From Callorhinchus milii (taxonomy: Eukaryota), in assembly GCF_018977255.1 (NCBI RefSeq), contig NW_024704742.1, positions 83,082,001 to 83,146,000 of the forward strand: 64,000 bases of DNA, written 5' to 3'. Of this stretch, positions 51,366 to 64,000 are shown in pieces (the stretch's first letter is position 1; each line of letters begins with the position of its first letter). The notes under the pieces were generated by a model. The model worked only from the letters and a program-made list of their open reading frames with translations. It made no database searches and was not told the origin of the DNA. The position numbers were made by a program, and so were the translations under genes.

Positions 51366-51607
51366 ACAGTCCCAGGTGCCTACTCTGTGCTGAGTGACTG
51401 TCCTGGTGAACATGGCTTAGAGCCACACTGTATCAACTCAGTCCTCACGGGGCTGTATTTCATTTCTAAATAAGCGAGCTGTGAAAGGGAGTAAAGAGTA
51501 GGAAAGTTGCAGCTGTCATATTGCCTGAGCTCATCATGGATGTGATTCAGATAGAGGGGAAAAAACATGATTTACATAGCATGATTGCTTTTTTTAAAAA
51601 CTTGTAG

Positions 51608-51734
51608 ACAACAGAAAGCCTACATAGCCACGCAAGGACCCTTAGCAGAGACTACAGAAGATTTCTGGCGAATGCTGTGGGAACACAACTCTACAATTGT
51701 GGTCATGCTTACCAAGCTTCGAGAAATGGGCAGA
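51608..51734 (+). CDS. PTPRD: PTPRD D2 exon
   Basis: ttgtag|A CAA...AGA|gtaagt; [42 protein letters not shown]; 127 nt. Confidence 0.97.
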
Positions 51735-51939
51735 GTAAGTAACTTTCTACATGAATTCCTGCAAATGCCAATCACATTCCCTTGAATCATCCTTCTAGAG
51801 GAATGTGTGTGATTTTTTAATGCTTAATGATTATTTTTGTGGTCAGAATTTAGTGTTCTCAGCATCAAGGCTGGGTGTAGAGTGAATTTCCCTCTAGCGT
51901 CTCACCGCCCGCCTCCCCACCACCTCACACACTATGCCT

Positions 51940-52655
51940 CAGCCTATTTCTGGAACCTCCATCAACCGTGCCAACCCAGCCAATCCCTCCGCTCAGTGAA
52001 TACTGGCCTGCTTCATGTTCTCCCCCAATTCATCCCACCATCAGGGGGCAAGACATGAGAAAGGGCTTTGAGCATACTGCCCCCATTTACTGGAACTGCA
52101 TCCTGGAGTGTCTCAGATTTTCTCTCTCCCCTCCCCTCATTCAAATCCCGTCTCAGTACCTAGCTCTTTGAATGCGTTTTTGGTCACCTTTCCTCTCCCT
52201 ACCCCCTCCTGCTCCCACCCTCAGCTCGGGTGACCAGCCAGCAGTGTCAAGCGCTTTGAGCTGTTCTCCCAACCTGAAAGGTGCTAATTGAATTTTTACA
52301 CTGTGCCCCAATAATATGCTCTCAGCCCCCAACTAACAACATTTAATTGCTCAGTGGGCTCTGGCCTGCTTCACATCCCCCGCCTCGCCCACCTCATCAT
52401 TGGTGGGAGGGCCTTCAGCCTCTCTGCCCCCACCCTCTGGAACTCCATCCCAAAATCCCTTGCATCCTCCTTTGTCTCTTTCAAGATCTAACTCAAGACC
52501 CTCCTCTTCGACCATGCCTTCGGTCATCCTCATTCCCTCCCTGCCCTCCAAATTCCCCGATCCCGAACCCAGCTCGGGTCCGAAACACTGATTGTCCAGC
52601 GCCTTGGGATGTTTACGATGTGAAAGGCGCCATACAAATGTAATTTTATGGTTGT
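51940..52655 (+). mobile_element. two tandem L2 3' fragments (~51940-52285 and ~52345-52655)
   Basis: each has ctggcctgcttca..ctggaact.. and a tgaaagg(t/c)gc end. Confidence 0.75.
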
Positions 52656-53486
52656 TAGATTGTTTCCTGTGAACGAGAGAATCACAAGCAGCCACTGGTG
52701 GCACACAGATGCCAATGAAGTGCTGAGAAGTGACTTCAGACCCAATCATTGCGGTGTGGAGGGGAGTTTTCACACTCACGGACATTCTAGAGCTAGAAAA
52801 AGTTGTTATTTTCTTAACAGAATCAATAACGCATTCCATGAGAAAACATTGAATCTGTTAAAAAAATCACATTTTTCATCTTACTAAGGACAGTTCTGTG
52901 TGAGCTTAGATATGGGTTAACCCCACCAACAAACTCATACTTATGTAGGACTCTGCTGTTAAAAGCCACTGAGGCTGGATTTAAACCCAGGTGCAAGGAG
53001 TTTCCTGTGTTATACAGCGTATTTACGTTGTGCCATGTTGAGGCCTGACCTAATGGCTTTAGTCACTTGTTTCCATGACGACTGTCTAGAAATTCCAAGT
53101 ATTTATGTTCTCCCCAATCCTAGCAAAAAACCTGAGTGGAAAGCCCACAAAGACTCAATTAACTGGACTCTGCCCGTGTGACTTCCAGTCAAGTGTGTAA
53201 GTGTGATTGTCGAGAGAGACATCTTCAGGGGTTGTGACCTGAGAGAGCTGCTTGGATAATTCACGTGTTGGTGCGAGAACGGCAGGGGATTGTTTCAGTT
53301 TTCGCAGAGCAGAGCATGCAAAAAGCCCTGTGACCCCTCTGATTTAGACTGCCATTGGAGTGACAAATTGCCATCAGGTTGGTGCTGTGAATCTCCATTC
53401 ATTAGGAACTGAGTTGAGACTTACCCAAACTCACAGCACCATGGAAAGTCGTTGGATTTTACGAGTTGTTCTTTATCTTTTTACAG

Positions 53487-53612
53487 GAAAAGTGTCACCA
53501 GTACTGGCCCGCGGAGCGATCGGCTCGGTATCAGTATTTTGTAGTGGACCCCATGGCAGAATACAATATGCCTCAGTACATTCTCAGAGAGTTCAAGGTC
53601 ACAGATGCCAGA
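53487..53612 (+). CDS. PTPRD: PTPRD D2 exon
   Basis: ttacag|GAA...AGA|gtaagt; [42 protein letters not shown]; 126 nt. Confidence 0.97.
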
Positions 53613-54903
53613 GTAAGTCATCTCTTTTCTCCTTTACCACAAAGAGAACGGAATCCAGCCCTTTTCTTCCACATCAAATCAATGCAATCCCGCCAGTGCA
53701 GTCCATATATGCTCCTGACTACCCAAAGCACCACCTTAAGAGTCTCTGTAATCTGTGAGGTTCCTTGGTGTACCTCAGTCTCACAAGGGTCACCTTCTTG
53801 TAGATAGCTACTACAACTGTACTCTGGAACACTGACAGTGTGTGTATCTCAGTCAGGATCTGACTGACCATCGTTAGAGGGGCCGCTCCAAGGCCAGTTG
53901 ACCGTTTCTAACATTGATCATTCTCCGCCTTGTCTCTCAGATCAGATTTTAGGAACTCAGAGTAATTTTGTCTTCACCTACTGACTTAGCATTAGCAAAG
54001 CAACATCCCAGCAGACTGGGTTGTTAAAGCATATTGTCACCCTCTAGATATTTCTAGCTACATGATTTTGTTAATCGCTTATCTCTTAAGCATTGAGTGC
54101 CACTCTAACATGACCAAAGCACTTCCACTGAGGCTGAGACCGGGCTGGTCTACTCCACTGTCAGGATGGAGACTTCACAAGATTGGTTTGGGTGCCCATT
54201 TGATCTGATCCCTCCAGAACACCCACCTTACCAACCTCCCATCACAGCATCAAGCTTTTTTTTAAGAGTCTCGGCCTCAACCACTCTTCCTGGCAACCTG
54301 TTTCAGTTAATAATTACCCTATGGGTAAAGAAAAATTTCCTGGGATCTGTCCTGAAATTATCCTTTATCACTGTAAACCTCGGTCCTCTTGTCTTACTGT
54401 CTTGGTTCATCCTAAAGTATTGCTCTGGGTTTACTTTTTTAATACCATTTAAAAATGTATGCACCTTTATAAGATGCACCAAGATTTCTGTAGCATTTAG
54501 AGGAGAGTTGCTGGCATTAAATGCTGAGTTTCAAAACATCTCTTCAAACATAAGTGAAGCTGACAAAATATTGTCAGTTAAGCAAAAGAGAAATAACAGT
54601 TGCACACCGTACAGTTGAGTGAAATTTGACACAAATTTAGATGCACTTTTAGCTTTACCCCGCTCCATTGACATTGGCACATTATTTCAAATCATCAAGT
54701 CAACAGCTCCATCTTCAAGAAAGGTTTCCCTCTTAATTGGTCTTGAAAGACATAAAGTAAATGAACCACACTAGCTGTTCTGGCCGTTACATTACTTCGG
54801 CAGCATTTCTCTTGGTCTGCACTGCTTCTTGCGGAGAATGTAATAAGACGCCCTTGGTTGATCAGTCCGTTAACATGTCTCTTCTTTCAATGGGGTGTAA
54901 CAG

Positions 54904-55058
54904 GATGGCCAGTCGCGTACAGTAAGGCAGTTCCAGTTTACTGACTGGCCAGAGCAAGGAGTGCCAAAGTCTGGGGAAGGATTTATCGACTTCATAGGCC
55001 AAGTGCATAAGACAAAAGAGCAGTTTGGTCAGGACGGACCTATCAGCGTTCACTGTAG
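54904..55058 (+). CDS. PTPRD: PTPRD D2 exon (WPE loop)
   Basis: aacag|GAT...TGT AG|gtgagt; [51 protein letters not shown]; 155 nt. Confidence 0.97.
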
Positions 55059-55179
55059 GTGAGTGGTCTCTTCATTGTTCAGTTCTAATGTTGAACGACC
55101 GAAGAAAGGAGGAAGCTTTCTAGAATTTCTTCAGGTTGACACAAATTACAACTATGCTGTGCAAAGTCAGTGATACACT

Positions 55180-55445
55180 TTATTTTGGTCAGTCGGCCGG
55201 GTGTGCGACACGGATAAAAAAAACATTCAAAAAGTAAGAGTATCCGAACTAGACTGAGTGTTCCTTATATGTATGCCACTACACATGGAAATTTCAGTAT
55301 CTGGAATGGAATGGGAACTCTCTCTCTGGAGGGACGCACCCTGATTACTTAATTGTGGAGAGTATTAAGTGCAGATTGGTGAGAGCCAAGGCTTGGAGAG
55401 CCCAAGGTATGTGTGGGGTTACTGCTGGAATTTAACTAATTAAAA
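55180..55445 (+). repeat. family X copy
   Basis: agagtatccgaactagact..tatgccact..catggaaattt..ctggaatg..ggagggacgcaccctg shared with the 11030 copy. Confidence 0.7.
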
Positions 55446-56477
55446 CCACATAGCTTCCCATTCAGAGCACTGTCTGGCAAGTTTCCTTATTGTTTCTCCA
55501 GCTAGGAGCACTCACCCTGTACCAAAATAGTACCAGACTTTTCATTCTAAGTCTTAGCATGAATTTTAAATGCTCTGTCCCTTTCTAGCACACACAGCAA
55601 AAAAAAAGCTGCGTGAAATGGGTATCAAACATTCTGTTTGCAACATTAAAATTGAATTAAATTGTGATTTCATTCAATTTTCATAATCAGGCATGCCTTA
55701 TAATGTACTTAGTCGGATTAAGGTCTGAATGGCAGGAAAACCTATTTTCTGCCAAATTATTTTTCTCCCAGAAATGATGTCCTTGAGAGGGAAAAAAATG
55801 CACACACACATGACCAAAGAAAGGAGGAAGCTTTCTAGAATTTCTGGTGTTCATGTAATAATAATAATCCTTACATTCGAAAACCCACCTTCGTTGCACA
55901 CATTATTACAGTGCCACGGGATGTCCTTCCAACGTGAAAGGCTCTATAGAAATGTAATTTGTTGTGTTTTTGATGTAGGACCTTATCACGCCGTTGGGTT
56001 GCCTCAGCGCTTCAAAGCGCTGTATTGTAAAATGAATTGATTGTATATTTTGTGGGTGATGTAATCAACAAGCCACAAATGCACGTGCATTTACTGTGTG
56101 ATTCCTCTCGTGAATCTCCTAGCAACATTGAAGCCTTCAAAAGCCATCGATGAATGTGTACCAGAAACCTTGCAGTGCTGGGGGAAGAGTTTTGAATAGA
56201 GCCATTCAGATTATAGCAATTAAAAGTGAACATTGCCAGATCAGTTTGCAACAGTTTTTAATAGCTAAATACCCAAGATAGTTCCCTGGGTCTTTCCTCA
56301 CAATAGAGTTTACAAAACCCTCAGTGTTTACTGTGGTAATAGGACTTAGAAGAGTGCACTCAGAATTATTGGCTATTTTTGTACCTAATAAATGCTTAGT
56401 GTGTGGGAAGCCACTGTCAGCCCAGACTCTCAGCCACTTGATTGTCGTTTAATTAATGTTCCTTTGTTTCTCTCCAG

Positions 56478-56613
56478 TGCGGGCGTGGGGAGGACTGGTG
56501 TTTTCATAACACTGAGTATTGTGTTGGAAAGAATGAGGTACGAGGGTGTCGTGGATATCTTCCAGACTGTCAAAATGCTACGAACACAACGGCCAGCGAT
56601 GGTGCAGACAGAG
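56478..56613 (+). CDS. PTPRD: PTPRD D2 exon
   Basis: ctccag|T GCG...GAG|gtaagg; [46 protein letters not shown]; 136 nt. Confidence 0.97.
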
Positions 56614-58451
56614 GTAAGGAAATATTGACCTGAATTAACACTACCGTGTGCAGGAGAGGAAAAGAGATACTATTTAAACAGTCCTCGTCCTTGTAAAATA
56701 AGAGCCCCAGCTTGGCTGATCACAATGCTGTGCAAAGCATTGCTGAATCGGGGCAAAAGATTCTTTCTTCTGACCTCCCCCCCTCCACCCACACACACAC
56801 ACACACACTTCCCCACCATCCTCAGGTGCATTTGACTTTTCTAAGCCGAGCATTGTTTTGGAAATAGAAGGATGTGGGAGTGGGATACACAGCAGTAGGA
56901 GACGAGCCTTTGCCACAGCAAGTGTTGGGAGTTGGGTCCCTTCAGCACTTTGTCAAGGCAGCTGAACTATCAGGTTAATCGATGCCAGATGATTTGATTT
57001 CCCAAAGAACCCACTGGAGGTCACATTGGCAAAGAATCCTCTCCCTGCCCGCACATAGTTTTGAGGAATGTGTTTTTTTGTTGTGTCCTTACATTTGATA
57101 TAGCGCCTTATCACATTGTGGAGACATCTCAACGGGCTTCACAGGATTATACTTTAAAGTGATGTGATTGTGTGTATTTTATGGGCGAACTGAGTTACTA
57201 AAGAGAGGAGAAGAAAACAAAGAAGCCACAAATCGCAACCAAGGAATGAGCTGCCTATGTAGTGTGAAACTGCATATAATGCAGGAGCGTTATGAAGAAT
57301 AATAATCCAATGATCAGTCTCTTCACTGGAGATGAGTGACAGAGTGGGAACCTGAGGTGACCTACTCTAAACTGTTTAGTGGGTTTATTTGAAAAGACTC
57401 AAATGCAGGATCATCTAAACCATTTACAAGGTGAAGTGCAGCCTCTCCCTTTTAATTGATATAAAAAGAACATTAGACTTCTGCTGTGGTTCAGTGGGTT
57501 TATTCAGTGAGTAGCTGAGGCGACGGGTTCAATCCTCAGTCTGTTCTGAGTTAGCTAATCGCGACTAATGGGATCATAGAGGTACTGCAATTGGCCTTGG
57601 CCCCCTGAGCTAAGGAGGGGAACAAATCAGCCAGTTGATTGTTGTCCAATGACTCCATCCAGGATTGTGTGGTTGGCTGTCCAGTGAGGGCAGGTTGGAG
57701 AGTGTGCGCTACCCTCGGGATCTTGAAATAAAACACACGAAACTAATTAATAATAATCTTCACATTTGCAAAAGTGTCTTTAACATTGAAATGTCTCATA
57801 GCGATTCACAGGGATTGCCATCAGATGTAGTGACTTTGTATTTGTGAACAAACACAATAACTAATTTGCACACAGCAGTGCCTCATAAACAACTATAAAG
57901 AGAATGACCAAATTTATCTGGGGTAGTATTGGCCAAGACGCTGGGAGAAACTCCCTTTTCAAAGTGTTATGAGATCTTTAAAATCCAGGCAGACAGTTTG
58001 GTTTAACGTCTTTTCTGAAGGACAGTACCTCCAACAATGTGGCACTGCCCGAGGGCACAGAAGAAGTCAAAAGAGAATGGTTCTAGCCAACCTACCACCG
58101 TTCATTCAGTGAGTGACAAAATCTCTCTCTGAGCGCTGCAACTTTAAGGGGGAATGTGATATGATAATTCAAAATGATAATTTCAAAATGTGATATGATA
58201 ATTATCAGAGTGATTGTGGCCATAGCCACCCCAGAGGTTGCAATTCGAGTTACCAAAAGTGGGTCAAAATATTTGAGTGGCAATTCACAGGATACAAGTT
58301 TTAACTATGATTTTTATTGTGGTTGTGCAAAGGCAAAACTATAAATCAGTACTCAAATCTTGTCTCGAGAAGCTCCAATGGCTTTTGGGACTGGGAGGCA
58401 GCTTCTTCCCCAACAATTGCAGCAAAGTAGTTTGGGTTAGGTTAGTGGGGT

Positions 58452-59100
58452 AACAACAAGATTCCATTTATAGAGCGCCTTTCAAGTCGGGAGGACGTCC
58501 CAAAGCGCTGGACAGTTGGGTCAGGACCCGAGCAGGGGGGAAATGGTCAGGGTGAGGGGAGGGAAGGGAGGGGTAGAGAGTTGAGAGGGGAGCTGATGGC
58601 ACGGTCTTGAGACCGGCCTTGAAGGAGGAAAGGGAGGAGGCGGTGAAGGCACTGGGGGATAGAGTTCCAGAGCCTAGGGGCTGAGAGGCTGAAGGCCTGG
58701 CCACCGATGGTAGGGCGGTTGGGGCGGGGGATGTGGAGCAGACCGGAGCCAGAGGAACGGAGGGTATGGGCAGGTAGATAGGGGGATAGTAGGTCGGAGA
58801 GGTAGGAGGGCACAAGGCCATGAATGGCCTTGTAGGTGAGGATGAGGATCTTGAATCTGATCCTCTGGGGGATCCAGTGGAGGCGAGCGAGGGTGGGAGT
58901 GATGTGGTCCCGAAGCCTGGTGCGGGACAGTACACGAGCTGCAGAGTTCTGAATGACCTGCAGCTTGTGGAGGGAGGTGCCGGGAAGGCCGATGAGGAGA
59001 GAGTTCCCATAGTCCAGCCTTGAGGTGATAAAGGCGTGGACCAGAGTTTCAGCAGCGTGAGGGGTGAGGTAGTGCCGTAGTCTGGCACTATGTTCCAGAG
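58452..59100 (-). mobile_element. L2 3' fragment, same subfamily as the 5258 copy
   Basis: ORF 58547..59110(-) AAETLVHAFITSRLDYGNSLL..LQVIQNSAARVLSRTRLRDHITPTLARLHW. Confidence 0.92.
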
Positions 59101-59429
59101 GAACAATCACGGCTGGTCAATGATCTTCAACTGACCATGCACACACTTCACCTGAACCATCACCAGTGTTAAATATCAAGCTTGACGATTGACACCCTTA
59201 TATCCTCAGCCCACTGTTTTTCTTGTGGTTACCCTGGCAGCATGCAGTGCTCTGATGGAAACAATGACAGCTCCAATCTGAATTGTCACTGTGTCTAATG
59301 TAGAATTAAATAAAAGCTTTTAGTTCATATGATTTGAAGAAACCAAAAGAATTTCTCTCCTTCTGGAGCTGTGGCTGTCTGATTCACAGCAGCTTAGCAC
59401 CGAGTACCTTTTCTGATCTTTACATCACA

Positions 59430-59675
59430 CGTTAAACGGAGGTCCCATCTGCCTGTTCAGGTGGACATTAAAGACCCCATGACAATATTAGAAAAAAAGG
59501 CAGTTCCCTCCACTTGTCTAGGGCAACAATCCCCTGGATAAAATTGGTTGTTCACTTCATGGCTGTTTGTGGGACATTGCTGTATGCAATCTACGAATAC
59601 ACAGTCACTACAGCAATTACCTGTGAAGTGCTTTGAGATCTCTTAAGTCTATATATCAAACTCAAGGATTATTAT
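59430..59675 (+). mobile_element. Deu-domain SINE 3' part
   Basis: gttaaacggaggtcccatctgcctgttcaggtggacattaaagaccccatgac..ggctgtttgtgggacattgctgt. Confidence 0.7.
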
Positions 59676-60244
59676 CTGTATGTACAGTGGGGGGAGGAAA
59701 TGTCCGTACATTACCTGGTAATCTGGTCCTTGCGTTGCCTTGATCCGTCCACCTTCAAAATGCTACCCCACATGAAGTGCACTCTATAAATCGTCCTTAT
59801 TTTAATCTCCTGATGAGAATGCTTCCAATCTGTGACAGTAGTAGCAATGTACGGTTGTGCCCTGAGCTGCCTAGTGGTGATGTGCTCATGATTTCACCAA
59901 TCGCGATGAACAAAATCTCTGGGCCTGCTAAAAATAAAGTCTACATAAACCTATTCCTGATGTTCTGTGGCGTTTAATGCACAACAAATTTCCCAAGGCT
60001 CACACATTCCCAATTGTGTTCCACAAAATAGCCTATGTGCAGCACTGTAGAGGGGATTTTGTAGTATGTTGCCATAGCAAGTGATCTCCATTTACTTTCC
60101 ATGTGGGGCCTGCCTGAAATTCAACTTTTCAGAAGCAGAAAAAAATGTAATTATTCACCACGGCAAGAGAGGTTGAGTTAGAAATGTGCAATGCACAGCA
60201 AATAACTGCCGGTATTGTCACAACCGCACTAACAATCTCACAAT

Positions 60245-60760
60245 ACAACAACAACAAGATTACATTCATATAGCGCCTTTCACGTCGGGAGGACGTCCCA
60301 AGGCGCTGGACAGAGTATGGCATTTCAGACCCGAGCTGGGGTTGGGGGGGAGGGGAGGGGAAGGGGGTGGCTGATGGCATGATCGAAGAGGAGGGTCTTG
60401 AGGTGGGACGTGAAGGAGGCTAAGGAGGGGGCGAGGCAAAGTGACTGGACGATGGAATTCCAGAAGTTGGGGGCGGAGTGGCTGAAGGCTCTCCCGCCAA
60501 TGGTGGGATACAATACAAATTTACATTTATATAATGCTTTTCACATTGGGAGGATGACTCAAAGCACTTAATATTTGTGGCCTGGCACCGAAACTGAGGA
60601 TAGGAGCCCGGGGGTGGAAGGGAGCGGAAGAGGAAAGATGTCCAAAAGCGTGGTCAAAGAGATAGGTCTTGAAATAGACCATGAAAAAGGTGAGGGAGGG
60701 AGCAAATAGCAGGGAACTCCATCTGGGATGGAGTTTCAGAGAGTGGGGGAATCTCGCCCG
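60245..60760 (-). mobile_element. two adjacent L2 3' ends
   Basis: tails at about 60245 (caacaacaacaag) and 60510 (caatacaaatttacattt); IGGRAFSHSAPNFWNS..SHLKTLLF. Confidence 0.8.
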
Positions 60761-61049
60761 ATTTGTGGTTAGTGCTTCACTTAAAATGCATGCTGCCAAA
60801 TGCCAAAATGGTTGGCAAGCTGTCCAAATATTTGCCTGAAGGATTTCCTCCAAAATTATATCTCAAGGACAGCCTCTTTATTTCGCAACTGCTCACTATC
60901 TGGGGATCATGGTACAAAAGAAAACCAGCATTTTTGGGAGTACAGTTCCCTCTTCATCTCGTTCACCATCACAAGAGGTTGAGCTTTCCTGACTCAGTGT
61001 TCCTCTCCTCTACATTTTTTTCCTGACCTCTGGTAAGGCCTATTAATTG

Positions 61050-61480
61050 ATCATAGAATTATACAGCACAGAAGGAGGCCATTCAGCTCATCGTGTCTGT
61101 GTTGGCTCTGAAAAGAGCTACCCAATCAACCCCGCTCTCTCCCCATAGCCCTGCAAACTTGTCCTCACAAGTAATTATCTACTCTCCTAAAGTTGTTATC
61201 GAATTGGCTTCCACCACCCTTTCAGGCAATGCATTCCAGATTCGAACAACTCATTGTGTGAAAAAATTTCTCCTCACCTCCTCTGTTTCTTTTAACAACT
61301 ATTATAGCTGTCGTTCCCGCTTATACTAGGCCTCTTTTCATAGAATCATAGAATTACACAGCACGGAAGGAGGCTATTCGGCCCATTGTGTCTGTGCTGG
61401 CTCTTTGAAAAGAGCTATCCAATTCAATCCCACTCCGCCGCGCTCTCCTCAGAGCCCTGCAACCTTGTCCTCCCCAAACT
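61050..61480 (-). mobile_element. two adjacent CR1 3' ends
   Basis: catagaatt..acagcac(a/g)gaaggaggc..ttc..gtgtctgtg(t/c)tggctct..gaaa(a)gagcta occurs twice (61052 and 61339). Confidence 0.8.
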
Positions 61481-63136
61481 CTTTTAAACTCTACACAGTT
61501 ATCCTACTGATACACAAAGTAATCCATTGTGGAGAATTAGATGCACGATCTTCTGTCTTATCATGCAGTAGACTTTCCAACATATTGTGTCAGCAAACAC
61601 AGTGCAGTCCATTTAAGAATATAGAAGTATAGTTTATTTAATCATCAACTTCTGTATTGCATGAGTTGTATAATATCACCTCAGCTGAATTTAGGTTGTT
61701 GTGTTTCTGCCTGAAAAATGTAGTGTTGTTCTTTTGTTGTTAGTGCAGTTGGGCTGCACAGCTGTTGTTATGAAGTGTAGTACTAGATGTAGATGGTTCT
61801 GAAACTAAAATGAGTGTACGTTGACTTCAACGGCCAGAAACAATCCCCAGTTTCCATCTGCAATGTCAATGATGACAGCTCCAGTCACAGGCTGCCAGAG
61901 TTTGTCTTTTTTCATTATCTTCAAAAAGCTGAAGCTATTTTTAATCAAGGCTTGGCAACAAAGTGCGTGTTTACACCAAACACAGTGCTGAGTTTTTCAT
62001 CCTTTACCGACCAAACATCATCGCTGTCTGCATCAGTGTCAGAAAAACATACCAAGCAGTAAACAAGAGATGCAAGGGCAATGTTGAAAACCAATCAAAT
62101 TAGAGGCAAGTTTAGACCATGAAACACAAAGCTCTATTTTGTGAATAAACTATAAAAAGTTTTATTCATTCATTTCATGGCTATTTGTGGGACATTGCTG
62201 TGTACACTTGTGCTCCCACATTTGCCTACATATACACACAGTCACTCCATTTCATAGTAAATTCTGTGAAACGCTTTGAGACGTCCTTCCAACATGTAAA
62301 GCACTGTCCAAAATGCAAGGATTATTATTTATTATAAATGGCAAAATGTTTTTTTAAACCATATTCCTCCTAACACTAAGGTTTCAATTTATGTCAACAT
62401 ATTACTGTTACTGTGTGGCTGCCTTTTTGTTGCCTTGAAACGACGGTTAAATATGATGGTGCTATGTCCAAATTCATAAATGATGATGGATATTGATCTT
62501 ATTCTGTTACATGTTAAATATATGGTAAAACTTGTGTAAACCACACAAAACTGCTTTGATTGTACTGTTGCTATCTCCCATTGCAATTCACTCTTATTAA
62601 AGAGAATGTCCCATCCAAGCATTGTTTTTCCTGGCAAAATTAGTTTCACATTTATTCAGGATTCTGATATCCTCGTTGCCAATTTCAGCACTTGATCCCA
62701 ATGTAACAATGCTAAAGCCAAAGCCCAAACTTGCTTTCAAATATACAGTAAACTCCCAGCTTGCCAGACTCCGGGTATCTAGAATTCAGACCTAGCTGGA
62801 CCTGGTCTGAAATGGAAACATTAAAAAGAAATTTCCAATTTCAAATGTATTCATTCATGAGGCCAGGTTGCACAAGAATGAGATATAGAGCCAACTGTAG
62901 TTTAACATTAAGAGCTAATGTTTGCAGAAATGCTTAACCTCAGAGTGCAGTACCTGCAAATTATATTCTGGGGATATTATTAGCACAGAATGGCCCATCG
63001 CTCCAGAGAAACTGACTTCTTTGAACCACATCGCTCTCACTTTACCATCACAACCTGCATTCCTGCTGCCTCCGTTTTCTGCCTTCAGAGCTTTTCATTT
63101 CCATTCTGAATTATTTCTTCTTGTTTCTTTCCCCAG

Positions 63137-63205
63137 GATCAGTATCAGTTCTGCTATCGGGCTGCACTGGAGTACCTCGGAAGCTTCGATCACTATGCAA
63201 CGTAA
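63137..63205 (+). CDS. PTPRD: PTPRD last coding exon
   Basis: ccccag|GAT CAG TAT...; [22 protein letters not shown], the canonical LAR-family C-terminus. Confidence 0.98.
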   Translation, partial: DQYQFCYRAALEYLGSFDHYAT

Positions 63206-64000
63206 AACCTGATTCACCTTGGATTTATAACAGGCCATTTAAGATCCAGAGAGCCTCTTCTGAGCCATACAGTGTGCTTGAGAAGTACAACTTACTCCTA
63301 GCTAAAGATAAATTTGGGGGGGAGGGACGAGGGGAAATTAAAAAAAAACTATTCCAGGTGGACCAAGAATTGGCAGTTTAATAACCGAATCTGAAAATGG
63401 AGGCAAGACTCCTTTCCGATAAAGGACCGGAAGGATTTTTTCGGGTAACTCATGGATTCAACTTTGATGACTGACTGAAGTGAAGCAAACGTACATTGTA
63501 AAAACATTAATTGTGCAGAGGATTTTCCGAGAACTCTGGAAGGTGGGATTGCAAAGCTGAATCTTGAGAGTACTGTACCTGGAAAGGAAAGAAGCTGTTA
63601 TAAAAGGCCAGTTCCTGACTTATAAAACTATTTGGATATGTTTGCTTCAACATCACCCCTTTCCACCATTCGCTCATACTAATTATCAAGGGAGGGCGGG
63701 GATGTTCAAATTACTGATTTAGTTTTTTAGTACTGTAATATACTGCTGACCTGTGCTTCATTTTTAACTGTGTAAACTTTTTGCCCTTTTTTAACAAAAG
63801 TTTATCATTCGATGAAGTGAATTTAAAAAAAAGTTGCTTATCTGTTCATAATTTCATTTTGTTTTCTTTTTTTTTCAAAAACTGTAGCTTTTTTTAAGCT
63901 GTCGAAATGATGTATGTATCTGGCTGTAGAAATGGAGATAATTTTCGATTTTTTTAAGGCACATTTTTTTTTGTGCAGTCCCTTTTATTTATCTACCACA
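63206..64000 (+). other. PTPRD: PTPRD 3' UTR (continues beyond window)
   Basis: Follows the stop codon; repeat-free, U-rich; no AATAAA noticed before the window end. Confidence 0.8.

Noticed and set aside
42692..55058. Identical 155-nt exon size and phase before the HCS motif in D1 and D2, and D2 WPE/KNRL substitutions
   Set aside because: Expected from the ancient tandem PTP domain duplication; standard for LAR-family genes.
236..63205. Assignment as PTPRS or PTPRF
   Set aside because: Segments such as [55 protein letters not shown] and [13 protein letters not shown] fit PTPRD better as I recall the paralogues; a phylogeny would be decisive.

Overview
Eukaryotic (vertebrate) genomic DNA, not prokaryotic. 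The window holds the 3' half of a LAR-family (type IIa) receptor protein tyrosine phosphatase gene on the + strand, best matching PTPRD. I could splice 17 constitutive coding exons by hand, all GT-AG and phase-compatible. They run from the last FNIII/membrane-proximal ectodomain through the furin site, TM helix, D1 and D2 phosphatase domains to the stop at 63203-63205, followed by the start of the 3' UTR. Two in-frame juxtamembrane mini-exons (12 nt and 42 nt) are present, plus a candidate frame-breaking micro-exon. Introns are crowded with 5'-truncated L2 and CR1 LINEs, tRNA-derived and Deu-domain SINEs, and two older repeat families I cannot name. This repeat repertoire suggests a cartilaginous fish, probably a holocephalan (inference). 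I found no convincing new multi-gene system. The best leads are: a candidate poison micro-exon before the phosphatase domains, an L2 insertion inside a splice acceptor, an atypical DYSNSN motif in D1, a ~95-bp intronic inverted repeat with biased mismatches, and an inverted SINE pair around an in-frame two-exon unit.
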